The notes beneath the pieces are model-generated. The model made no database searches, was not told the origin of the DNA, and saw only the letters and a list, made by a program, of their open reading frames with translations. A stretch of DNA of 63,622 nt, the filler included, from Platydemus manokwari (taxonomy: Eukaryota), in assembly GCA_037951405.1 (NCBI GenBank). It is 6 parts of 6 records of this genome, joined end to end, with 100 filler letters (N's around TTAATTAATTAA, not from the genome) between each part and the next. Parts side by side here need not be neighbours in the genome. Positions count along the whole stretch, not along the records: positions 33,598 to 44,334 come from JBBMOY011109442.1; positions 44,435 to 54,632 come from JBBMOY011159104.1; 4 more parts are not named here. The stretch is one strand, 5' to 3'. Below, one piece after another: positions 40,701 through 53,099 of this stretch. The position numbers were made by a program, and so were the translations under genes. The first letter of the stretch is position 1; every line of letters begins with the position of its first letter.

Positions 40701-41900
40701 TTTTTTTTCTACTTTACCAATCCGAGGAAAGAAACGCTTTGAAAGCTCAAACTATTTTTTACCTTAATTATTTGGATATGTCAAATTATTTTCGAATTTT
40801 TCAAATATCAATAAGAATTTCATTTTAATGAAGTCTCCATATAAGAGTCAGTGAAATGAATGATTTTAGTTTCGTAACCATTGTGATCTTGATATAAATT
40901 TTCAACTAACCGAAAATATTTTATTGTGTTGTGCTAATTAATATTTCATATGATTTTATATTTATTTCTTAACTTTCATCTCTCAACGATTTATTTGCAG
41001 CAACAACCTTATCTGCTGGAGTCCAAATAAGTTAAAGATTTTTCATGGAATCCCTTTTATTTCAGAATATAAGTTCAGAAATATATTTTTACAAATTGTA
41101 TAATTGTACCTTGAACTGGAATTACCTAATATTTAACCTACATAAATTATTAAAATCTTTAACATAAAGTTAATAAATCACGATGATGATGACAATCTAT
41201 GCAGAGTGTTTTGAATATTAATGATGAAGCCATACCCAAAATAAAAAGGAAATAGAAGATTTGTATGTTGGCTGAGGAAATAGAAGATTTGTATGTTGGC
41301 TGAGAAAGACTTGAAAGAAAACAATGAAAAGTGACGTCAGATATTTGTTTGATTATTTAAATATTTATTTCAATAATCAGAATGCCCATTGTTTTGGTGA
41401 TTGGCTAATATCAAAATATTCTTTAAAATATTATAAAATGATAAACTGAGCAAAAAAATGAATAAAAATTAAAAACGCTCAAGCTAATAACTACTTATAG
41501 CTGAATTTCACAATAACCCAGCTGATGAACCATCTATTGATGATGATTGGATCCTTATGAGCAGAAGTCGACTGTGCTTAATTAAATGTCAGTACACGGT
41601 AGTAAAAAAAAACAAGGAAGCGGGAGATTGTAGATGAATCTGCCAACTATTTGATGGAATTATTTATGCAAGAAGATAGAAGTGCACTTTAATATAAAAT
41701 GGAAATGATTCATCAGGTTGTCTTCTTTGATTCTATCGAGTCCAAATTAAAATTTTCTTTGATTCAAATGCTTTCGTTCAATAGATGTAAAATGAGTTAC
41801 TGTAATATTTGATTAAAATAATATATTCATTATTCAAGATGAATTTTGATTAAATTAATTGTAAATAATTTTTATACTTATGTTTTTCAAAGCATTTTTT

Positions 41901-42461
41901 GTCTAAAGTTAAAATCAGGTCTTAAAATGAATTTTTAAATTTGTTGAATGTATTGCAAATGCTATCTAGTTTATTTAATTATATTCTTTAAAAACATTTT
42001 ACGTTTAAGAAATATTTTAGTTGTTCGAATTCAAAAATTAAAAAGACTAGAATTTAAAAATCATCTAAAATTTGATGATTAAAAAAATGAGAAAAGTAGG
42101 TCAAATTGCAATTTATTGAAAATTAGTGAGAAGCAAATCGAGAGATATTCTCAATTCTTATAACTATTTTATAAAAGTAACCAATGATATTATTAAACAT
42201 ATTTGTAACTAACTAGCTCGATTTATAATTATAAAATTTAAATTTAAAAATTCAAATAATCATATAGAAGTGTTGTGGTTAGAATTGGAACTTGGTTTTA
42301 AAACTAATTTTTACCACCACTAGACCTCTTATGAGATATTAACTGAATTATACAAATAAATCAAACATAGCAATTATATATAAAATTAAGTTATAATATT
42401 ATCTCTTGCGTGAAAATTCATTATAACGAAAGTAGATCAAAGGACTCTTTTTCTTAACTTA
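41901..42461 (-). mobile_element. Merlin-related MITE, second (inverted) copy
   Basis: Reverse complement follows 17523-18104 along its length (e.g. agtaggtcaaattgcaatttattgaaaattag; gatcaaaggactctttttcttaactta). Confidence 0.75.
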
Positions 42462-42619
42462 TTTATTTTTAAATTTGTTATTGTTTATTTGAATAATTTT
42501 TTAATACTTTTTACACTTATTAGTACTTTGTTTCTCGGAATCATCAATATTGTCGCTCGGTAGGTTTGTGTTTATCGATTTGAATCATATTGATTATTAC
42601 TATTAATTTTATGTCATAA

Positions 42620-43260
42620 GAATAAAAATGATAGAAAGATTAAGAGTGACTCCACAGAAACATTCGGAAAACGCAGCAGAAGTTTATAAATTTTATAGAT
42701 AAGAGTACTCAGAAAATTAAGAAGAAATAAGCAAAGAAGAAAAAGAAAGGACGGAATTGACACTCTAGCAATTCAGAATTCCTAAGATTCTGTTTTATAG
42801 AATTCAAGGACCACCAAACACAATCATAAAAATTGAAAATAAAGAGTTTTAAAGATTATTATATACAGGAGCCAGAATTAACTTCATTTTCAGAAAGAGA
42901 TTAAAATTACTGGAAATCACATAGAAATAAAATGAACTGAAATGTAAGAAAAATAAAGAGTTTCTGACACTAAAGAAAAGTGCTCGGTCGCATGAGATAA
43001 TTAGTAATGACAAAGATGTATTCATGTTAGATCATTGGGATATAGGCCATACAAAATTAATGAAACAGAAAATTGGAGCGAATGGCAATCTGTGAAGTTG
43101 AAAGAAACGATAGATGAAGCAATCCCAAATTTGTGACAAAATATCAGAAAGAATTCCAATACACATTCAAATAAAAGACAAAAGATGATATTGATAAATA
43201 CTTCTAAATATTACGAAATCTACCACTTGAATAAGTTAATCAATAAAGGCAGCTGTGAAA
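42620..43260 (+). mobile_element. Decayed Gypsy protease/RT remnant
   Basis: LLYTGARINFI (degenerate L.DTGA..N.I) at about 42855-42885; later DVFMLDHWDIGHTKL; many stops. Confidence 0.55.
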
Positions 43261-43531
43261 TATATTAGCACCAGTGTGTAATAAATGTGGACCTTTTCAA
43301 AAGTATATATTATGTTTATCACATCCAATAATATTTCGATTTTGTTTCATTGTGGTTTTACAACATCAGTTTCTTAATTAAAACAACATTTAAAATAATT
43401 TCGATAAATTTGGATTTTTTGATTGGTCAAAACTGATAAAAATTTAATTAATTTTCAATGTTTTACGTGATATTTGGTTTGAGAAAAAATTTTCGTTATC
43501 ATTTCAAATATATTTATAACAATCCGTTGTT

Positions 43532-44225
43532 TTAAATGCTGAAATATTTCAATCGATATGATCCACCAGCATTGTTGTAAAGGTGACAACGATTATCGGA
43601 TTCCATTGAAAATGAAATACAATCCGAGTTAAGAAAACAAGTCTTGCCGCATTCCAGATGAGAAAAATTGTCAATGATTTGTATTGGAGTGATTTGTTTA
43701 TATTCCGGGCGAGTTTCACTAAAAGTAACTAAAATCATCATGTACATCAAAATAAAGATAATCAATATTTACAGATCGTAGGATTTGATTTCACATATTT
43801 AGCTTCGAATATCTCGACTTCACAAAAGTTGATTGCTTCTGCTTCAGGTGGCTTGGATATAACTATCCTTCTGGCAATCTGAATATATTGATTATTAAGT
43901 TTTTGATTTCGAGTAATATTTTACAATTTCAGTCAAACTTAAATTGACTATTTCTTCTGGTGATTGCTTGTTACCATGGTAATAACAAACATTGAAAAAT
44001 GAAGATGAATTTCTTACAAATTTATTTTGAAAATGCAAACTAGCATAAAACAACAATAGACCAGTTCTGTGAGCTGAAAAACATCCGAAACATAAAATAT
44101 TAAATGGTCATTACCGCAACAACCAGTTCTAGCATAAATTCGAATTAGTGAAATATCGGAAATGGTATTCAATACGACGAGCCACCATTTGTCAATCTTA
44201 GCTACAGAACTATGGTAACAGGAAT
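43532..44225 (-). CDS. F-type lectin + PAN/Apple gene, copy 3 (exons 3-6; 5' exons not in contig)
   Basis: SCYHSSVAKIDKWWLVV..IYARTGCCAHR..INFCEVEIF..CGKTCFLNSDC; frames and GT-AG sites intact in the visible part; C-terminus extended by YFSI. Confidence 0.8.
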
Positions 44226-44334
44226 CTGAAAAAAAGTTAATGCAAATGATATCATTTCATATTAGGCTGAGTCAAAAGTTATTCATGTTTTTTAGTTGTT
44301 TAAAGTTTTTGTTTTACCAAATCATTTAAACATA

Positions 44335-44434
44335 NNNNNNNNNNNNNNNNNNNNNNNNNNNNNNNNNNNNNNNNNNNNTTAATTAATTAANNNNNNNNNN
44401 NNNNNNNNNNNNNNNNNNNNNNNNNNNNNNNNNN
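44335..44434. other. Artificial contig-joining spacer
   Basis: Same structure; lies just upstream of the 5'-incomplete lectin copy. Confidence 0.97.
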
Positions 44435-47249
44435 TCCAATGGGCTTTATTTTGATTAATAAACTTATTTTTTAAGCGAGTTATAGTCTTTTAAAGTTGCT
44501 GTTAGATAACGCCCATTATTTTTGCACCAACCTAATATTATAAGGGCTGTCTCAATTAAGTATAAATAGCAGTTGGAACATTACAACTCCCTCATAAATT
44601 ACTTAAACCACTATGAAGCATATTTATTGTAAACACTTCGATATTCATTCGGAATATGTATTTGCCATGGAGGCCCCCAAGATATTCAACTTATTCTCCA
44701 GCCTCAGCCATTATATTAATTTATCATTCTAGTCAATGTGAGAAAGACTAATATTGTAAAATAATAATCAGTGCTATACATAGTTTTTTATATATTCATA
44801 TTATAGAGTTTTATCTCACTAAAATTTCTTCCAGATATTGGTTCGGCTTCTTGAGTTGAAGTTTGCAACCGCTGCTTATTTCCAGAATTGTAAGGTCATC
44901 GTCTAAGTGTATTTTTATTATAATTTGTATAGTATAGTTTTAAAATAGCAAATTTGTAAATTTATATATAATTGGTGTCAATTTGTCTAACAATAAAACT
45001 TAATGCATTTAATAGCAGTTGTTTGATAGAATAAATATAATATAGCTGTAAGATAATAGAATTTGAGACTGATAGTAAAAAATATTGTTAGGGTTCTGGC
45101 ACAAAAAGTTACTTACAACAATTAATAAACATTGGAAAAAATATGTATATACGTTTGCATGACAATACGTATGAAATATGCATTAATTTTTGTTTTATCA
45201 CTTTTTATTTAATCAACATGTATTTTTTATGTTTTTACAACTCTGAAAATTTTTGAGTAAAAACCTGTTTAAAATATTGATATTTATAATAGATATTATT
45301 TAAATCAAGCAAAATAATACTACCAATAAAATCACCAATAGCAAATCAGTATTTACTGGATGTCCCCTGAGTAAGATCCCTTCGTGTAAAATACTGATTT
45401 ATATTATATATTCTATCGCTTTATTCCTATTGTAGAGTTTGTTAATCAAAAATCTTGAATGTAGCTGATTCTGGTCCAGGAGAACGAGTTTGTTATCGTC
45501 TTTAATTATGTAAGTTGTAGAATCCTTTATAAGTGTAATTTGATGAATGTTGTATTTCTAAACCCATTTGTAATTTTATGTTATTATTGTTAATCAGCTT
45601 CTGTATTGGTGTCATTATCAATAAATATTTGTAATAACAAGTTTTAGTTCTTAATTATATAGAGATCATAAATCATTATTTGTAAATCAATGTTATAAAC
45701 ATAGTTAATAGTTTAAAATTAGAGTTTTATATAATTTTAGATTGATAGGTAGGTTAATGAGAATTAATCACTACTGCCACACCTATTGTTTTAAGGGTGA
45801 ACGATGTGAAGGAACATCAACATAAGGTATATTACACGTGTGGTCTTAATCAAGAGCTCATAGAGACTCATTAAGTGGTATCAAATAAGATTATGCTTAG
45901 TTAAACAAAAAATTCATTAAGGCTCAAATGTAATAATATAATAATAGGAAAATTGCTGCCGATCATACTATCATCAAATAGTATTGATCGCGAGGTGAAT
46001 TTAGGAAATATTAAATTAAGGTTTTATATATTGTAACTTGGGCTTGATTAGAACTCATTGAGACTGATTGAGACGGAATTGATCTATCGTAATAATTTAG
46101 AAAATATTCAGACTGATAAGATATTAAAAACAATAGAGCCCAAAACACATCAAATACATGCAATTCCGGTCTAATGAATTTGCATCTAAATATTTTAAAT
46201 GAGATTCTTTAAAGTATCATCAGGAATTGTTTCTCCATTTTTCTTTATTTTTATTAATTTTGAAATCCGTAGTCAAAATTCCTCCCATTCTTGTGCAATA
46301 ATGATAATAAGTTTTAAAAATGTCTTTATAAGAACAATAATTACCTTGATTATTTATTGAACATTTTTTAAAATTGCTTTTTAATTGTAAGAAAGTAATG
46401 AAATTTCTAGATCTTATATTCCATGATAATATTTCATATTATACTTTGAAATTATATCTGTAAACAGATGAAGTATCGAAAGATTGAATAAATCTAAACA
46501 ATGTGAAACATATATTAAATTTTTTTATATTTGTTTGAATAATGGATTCTTTTCATTAACTTTTGCAATATTTAAATATTTTATAATTCGTATATTGATA
46601 TGACTTTCCTTTTATGTATTTATTAAAATATTTAAGGTAAACAGTAATATTATATATATATATATACATATTAATATATCGAAAATTTTATTTTTAATAA
46701 TGATTTCGTCAATTTATAATTATTCAGAAATTGAACAAAGAAGTTGAAGAAAAAATACATAGAAAATTCTCTGTTAAATGAATCGGTTCTGGTTATCACT
46801 ATCAGCTTTGTCACTATCACTTTCAGCTATGATTATTCTGGTCAATGATCATTATTTATCTATTCCAAAAATTGGCCTCAAATCATGATATGTGACTAAA
46901 CTCAAGCCATGCATCACAACAACAAAATAAATAAAATATCAGCTTGGTGATCAAATCATGACTTTGGTATTGCCATCGATGTTTCAATCTTATTTCAAAT
47001 TATCATGTAAAGAACTAAATTATATAAAAAATCCTCTGTATTTGATTTTGAAATTGATAATATTATATGAGAGAATTTTAACATGATTTGTCTTAAATTC
47101 GTAATCAATATGCTAATTCCCGTACAAAATTGGTCCTAGCAGGCATTGGTAAATTTCTATAGCAGATTATTCAAATTGATTGCAAGTTTATCTTTATCTG
47201 CTAAGAAATGTTATTCCCAAAATAGAGAGAAATACATATATTTGAATTA

Positions 47250-50200
47250 ATTATTATTATCATAATGTGTTTAATATAAACTAAAGTGTATTTGATCATT
47301 TAAGGAAGTTTGAGAAAATTATCATCGTGTGTGTGATTGTATATAATAATGATATCACCTGGATGTAATTCATTTATATGGAGATGAATTATAGAACAAC
47401 ATGCATTCAACAGTTTTATGTAAAAGTCGAGGAGATATTTACATATGAAAAATGGTTGGTCAAAACCGATGTTGGAGAGTACACCATTGTTTTTTGGGTC
47501 CCAAGATCCAAGTACTCCAAGGCAAAGTACATCAAAGCTGGTTTCGAATCTTGTTTTGGTCCTGATATCGGCAGCGATTGACCTGTATTTTTCAAAGTTT
47601 AGTAGTCTATGCTTCTCGAAGGTTCCGTCATATCAAAAGGTATTTTTAGATCCACGATGTAGGCACGGCGTTTTATCTTGTTCCTAATGATTAGATCAGG
47701 CCTGAGTTTCGTGTCCAGCTCTGGCGGACTCGTATCTATGTCCGTGTCGTAACTTAAGGATCTGAGGTAGTGTCCAAGATGGTCGAGAATCACTGCATGT
47801 CTTTTCGATGCAAGACCTGGCACTGCGGGGCAGTGTATAAAGATGTGGGCATCGGTTTTCCTTTCAGTCTGGCATCTTCGGCAGAGCGTCGATTTTTCCT
47901 TTTGATACAGTACGGAGTATAGTTCAACAAAAGGAGATTGTTTCTTGCTTGTTGGACAAATATCCATACTTCAGGCGAAAGGTGGTAGTTTTTCAGTGGT
48001 TTCTGTGACAGGTGCGAGGCAAAGAAAATGTGAGCGAGTCTTCCTTGTTTTTTTATTGTCTTCCATTTCTTGAAGTGGTACATAGAGACCGAGTAGTGGA
48101 GGATATTTGATAGTTTTCCTTTGTTGTCAAAGTTGAAGTGGTAGATTTTATCCTCTTCGATTTAGATTTTCAGTAGGATTTCCGTGTTATGTTGGTAGAA
48201 TTGGATGTCCGTGCCAATTTTTCTTACCTTCCTAATCGCAAATCGGGTTTTGGTCCACCACGTTGATGAGGAGCTGGGTTTATCGGTGTTCAACTTGTTC
48301 GAGATCCATTGCAAGGCTGTATTGAGGTCACAAATTTCCGTAGTCCTGTGTTTCAACACGTAAATGATGTGGTCCCTTATGAAGTCCTTGAATTGCTGGT
48401 CTGAGCTAGTTAAGAACCGGAAGGCCCCGATTACACTTTGGATACAGTATTCCATGTGTGAGGTGGTTAGACCAATACCACCGAGTTTCGTTGGGGCATA
48501 CATGAAGAAGTTATTGCTGGAATTGAATCCGTCCATCTTCATAATTCTGCGGCAAATTTGTCGTATTTTTTTGTCGAAGGATTGCACGAGATTGTTTTCG
48601 TTATCAGTGATTAGTGTTCTGGAGTCGAGTTTTGTTGTTACGACTTGTTGGATCCGAAAGTGGAATGGAAGCCGCGAATGCAGGAAAATGTTATATGCTG
48701 CGAATTTCTGCGATGGATGCAGTCTCGATTCGGCAATGGCTTCAAAGTCCGATATAATTGTTTGTAAGATATTATCCACCGGAGATCGTTTTGGAAGACC
48801 AAATGGGACGCCAAGGTATTTGTATAGATTGTGCGCATCGATGATTGGTATTGGTTCTTCGTTAATTGTAAGATCTATCCGGTTTCTCGGGTTTTTGGTG
48901 AAGTATCCACATGGTTAGCTGAATCTCATTTGTTGCATTTATGATGTGGTTTAGTCTGAGTTCAAGATTATCTCCCGAGTTTGCCAGGATCAATATGTCA
49001 TCAGAGTAAGGTAATGTGGAGAGTTGGGTGTTGTGGGTTGTCAGCGGTTCCAAGATATTTGCCGACGAGCGTAGGATGAAGTCAATTGTTAGGCAGAATA
49101 GTGTCATTGACAATGGACATCCTTGCTTGACGCTGCGGTAGATTTGGAATTGGAGGAGTCTTTATTATTTCACAAGTATAGGTGGTTCTGCTGTCTCTGT
49201 ATAAGGCCTGTATCATTTCGATGTAGTGGGAGTTGCAGCCGATCGATTTAAGTGTATACCAGTTGATATCGTGGGAAGGCTTGGGAATGCTTCTTTGAGA
49301 TCTATCCTGCATAGATGGAGGTCCTTGTTCTGTTGTTATGCATATTGTTGAGTAGAGAAAAGGTATGCGTTGTGCTCAGCACACCCGTCGGAGGCAAACA
49401 GGGCTTTTTGATTCGTTGATAATAGATTTCCAGCATCAATCCATTTGAGTAGTCTGAGGTTGAGAATTGTGATGAAGATACGATATGAGGTACCTTTGAG
49501 CGCAATTGACCTCAATGAAGTTATGATATGAGCTAGGTCTTGTTTGCCAGGTTTTATTAGCAAGTTGGTGTTAAATTCTTTCCACTGGTTTGGGATGGCT
49601 TTTGTTTTAAGTATTTTGTTAAATAGTGATTGGAGAAAGAGGTGTTGTGGGTCTATTTGCAGGTTTCGCGAATGTGTTTGAAATTTCTCCTACTGAGATT
49701 TCTTTGAGGTTCGAATTGTCGTCGTGCCTGGGCATTGGTAGACAGAAGTTAGTTGATAACGGTTTCGGTTTTGTCTTCATATAGTGTCTTATTATGTCAT
49801 CAATGGTTGGAGTCGCAGTTGAGTTGGTTGACGGCATAATGTTTCGTAGAGTTTTCTTAGGCTCAGGTTGGAATTGGGTTCTGAGTTTGTACTCGGAGGA
49901 TGATTTGTACATTAGGTGAAGGACGGATGGTTTGATCTAGATGTGTCTATTGACGAAATAGCGGTACGAGTGGAGGCGTTAGTTTCATTCAATTTAATTG
50001 CTTCTATTAAAATTAGGTTCATCGAAGGTCCAGAATTTTTGTCGGTCTGTTAGGCGATTTTTCTAAATAAGATGGTATCCGAAATTACTTTGTTGATGTC
50101 GGTTCGCAGTTGTGGGAGAACCGGTGTATGGTAGATAGGTGATTTATTCATATGGTCGAGCACATGTTGAATAATGAAAAGGCAACAGTCGTATGAATTG

Positions 50201-52860
50201 AATTGGAGTGGCAGGTCCGGCAAGTAGACTGATTGAGGATAAGGTTATCTTTCACAGCGCAAAAGTTCTGAAAAAGGTTATCCAGTTTGTTCCATAGGCA
50301 TCTTTGTTCGGCTGATAGAGATTTATTTGCTGGGTCAATGAAGTAGGATCACATTTTCAGGCGATCTGCGATGTAGAGGTTCGAGTGGTTGTTGTTCCAG
50401 TGGATTTGCCAGTAAGCATTTTGCCAAGTTGCAAGTTTCCTGAAAGGAAATAATTTGTAGAACGTTTTGAAGTCTTTCTTCAGGATGGCAATAGCTGGTT
50501 GAAGTTTTATGAAGATGTTGGTAGCGTGGTCTGTGATTTTGTTGTGAATGAAGACCTCGATCGCAGAGCTGGTTAGTCATTGTGATTTTATGTCGTCGTT
50601 AGATAGCGAGAGGGCGTCGATATCTGTGTCGTCAGTTTGCTTGTTGGGTTAGTGAGTATGACTATCAAGATGGTATTTGAAACCTGTGGCTGGTTCAATG
50701 TATCCACAGTAACATTGGACTTCTAATTCGGATTTTATTGCGATGTTGTGCGATTGGTTGAAGTGCTTCGGAACTATTGTGGTGTTCGCGAATGGAAAGC
50801 GATATATCTTTGTGCACATGTTGCATTTTGAGTTCTTATCATCTGTCAGGGTCATATAGGCGGGGGTTTGGCTGGCTCCACCGTATAGTTTTGATAAGTA
50901 TTGGGTAAGTAAGATTTGGCCTTGTGGTTGGTTTAGCGTATTTGGATATGTGGTAATGGCTTCATCTGACTGAGTAGAGTTATCTTCTGAATCTGAAAGA
51001 GTGTATGGTGAGGTTAGTGAGCCATTAGTGGATAGTGTTAAAAGGATATCATCGATGTCTTCATCAACTTCAATCAACATCAAGATCGGTTATTAGTTCA
51101 GTGTTTCTTTTCGCCGTCTTCACTTAGATTATTTGTGGACTTTCATCGTTTGAGTTTTCGTCATGATAGTTGTATTCAGGGGGTGCTTCGTTGGTTGTGT
51201 GTTTCATTTTATTGGTGGCAGGATGGATCTGGAAATATTTGTTGAATTTTTTCCATCTGCTTGATAGTTCCTGAATCTTTAGTTGTGAAGATTTGTAGCA
51301 TGCCTCGCATGAGCAGGTCAGGAGAGCTGTAATGTGCATGAGTTGGTGTGCAATGTCTTTTACAGCTGGCTGGAATTTAATCTCGCAGTCTTGTTTTGTT
51401 ATTGTTTTCGGGTTGTGAAGTTTTTGCAGTAGTTCGCTTGTTGGCAAAGATCCGGTAGTTTCCGAGTTTAGTATTGGGTGTATCATGGTGTGGCTTTTGT
51501 GCAGTCTTTACAGCCGCATTTGATATACTGCAGACTATTGAATGCGAAGTTTTGTTCGACTTTTCTAGATGTTCTTTTAATGGCGCTGCACCTCAGTTAG
51601 GATTCATTAGATTGGAGGCAGTTGAGGTTGTAAAAAGTTTTGGAGTATTCGCTGTGGCATTTGATGCAGTTGCATTGTAATTGATCTTTCATGATGTTGA
51701 TTTTACTATGTTTCTTGTAGGTCCTCATGGCTCTGTAGCATTTTTCTTTGAAGTTGAGAGATATTCCTGAGAGAAGGATTCCTTGTTGAGCTCTCCTAGA
51801 GTCTCACATGAGTCGCATAGGCATGTAAGGGAACTGATGTAATTGATTAAGCCAGAAAAAGGGGGAAGGTTGTCCCCCTGTTTTGATATGATTGGCTAGC
51901 TTACATGCAGGAGGCTTGGTTGTCTTCGGAGAGCTAGGCGGGGGCAAAATGATAAGTCCATTGCTTGTGTCTTGTGCATAAGATTTTGTTTTTAATTTTG
52001 GTATTTTTGGGTCCTCCTTAGTCTGCTCTGCATGTACGTTCCATTTGCTTGATATGTTTGTCTGTGTTGCTCTCAATTACATGTTCCGAGTTTCCCAGTA
52101 TTGAGATGGAGATGTGCCAATATTTTTCCAATATTTAGGTTGGCTAGACATGTTGGAGTACTTTCCTGTTGAGTAGGATTTTTTGTCCTCATTTCCGTAG
52201 AGATTCTTAGTAAGTGGGTCATGATTTTGTTTTCTTTGATTTTTGAACGCATTTCTGGGGTCCTCGATAAGAGTTTGATCTGCCGGGACGTTATCCTTAG
52301 TAGGTTGGTCGCGTTTTTGTTTTCCTTGATTTTTGAATGGACCTTAGGGATTCTGAATAAAAGTTTGATCTGCCGACTCGTCATTACGTAATCAATTTGG
52401 GACTTCGAAGTATACGTAGTTGGAGTACGAGTTCTTTGGTATGAGGCATGGTCGAGAAAATGGGAAGCATAGGTCATTTGCTGGTTGGTCAAGTTATTTG
52501 CTTGGTAAGGTTGGGCAGAACCATAGTTGGGTTTTCCCGCCCCTCCATTAGCAAAGGGTTCATGAGAGAAGCCCTCGGTGTTGAATCATGGTTGATTCAT
52601 TCCATTCTGGTCATTATGAGCCAGGTTACGATTCTATTGGAACATAGAGTGTTTTTAATACGCACCAATTTTTGCTCGAGGTGGTAGAGGAAATTTTGGA
52701 TTAGCCGAAATTCCTAACCAACGTTAGTCTCATTCAACCGGGCATAGTCAACCGGTCTGCTTTCTTCGTCGATGTTGTTTCCAGTTTGTTCGTCGTGTTT
52801 ACTAGCACTTGAAAAATACTTGTTAGTTAAAGTTGAAGTAATTAATTTGTTGGTCATAGT
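47250..52860 (-). mobile_element. Near full-length decayed NeSL-clade-like non-LTR retrotransposon (ZnF - Ulp1-like protease - RT - CCHC - restriction-like endonuclease)
   Basis: GC-richer block of about 5.6 kb. CNMC..HFNQSH and CYC..HLDSH fingers (50649-50830); IHWNNNH(S)NLYIAD and PLQFNSYDCCLF (about 50170-50410); RT motifs LRSIAL..YRIF..NQKALF..GCAEHN, QGCPLSMTLF, LPYSDD, YKYLGVPFG, YAPTKLGGIGL; CRRC..HIFIHC; RPDLIIRNK..IVDLKIPFD..KY. Boundaries approximate. Confidence 0.88.
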
Positions 52861-53099
52861 TGTTGAACGCCAGGTATGTCAAGAAAGAAACACATGTGAA
52901 TAAAAATGCACTATCTAATCACTTATATATACATGAATGAAAAAGAAATAGTAAAATAGTAAACAGAACACAGGGGCAAACAATAATACCTATAAGCCAA
53001 CAATTAAAATTACAAAAATTTTTCAATACAAATACAAACCAATGCAATAACAAGGAACCAGCAGAAGAAATAAGCACAAGAAAATACATTTACAATAAA

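Noticed and set aside
41247-41302. Perfect 28-bp tandem duplication
   Set aside because: Two copies only, no context; probably slippage or assembly noise.
45340-45620. Possible non-LTR RT trace (TRRDLTQG)
   Set aside because: One degenerate motif without neighbouring RT motifs.
48364-48918. 184-aa plus-strand ORF
   Set aside because: Antisense to the retrotransposon RT region, with no independent motifs.
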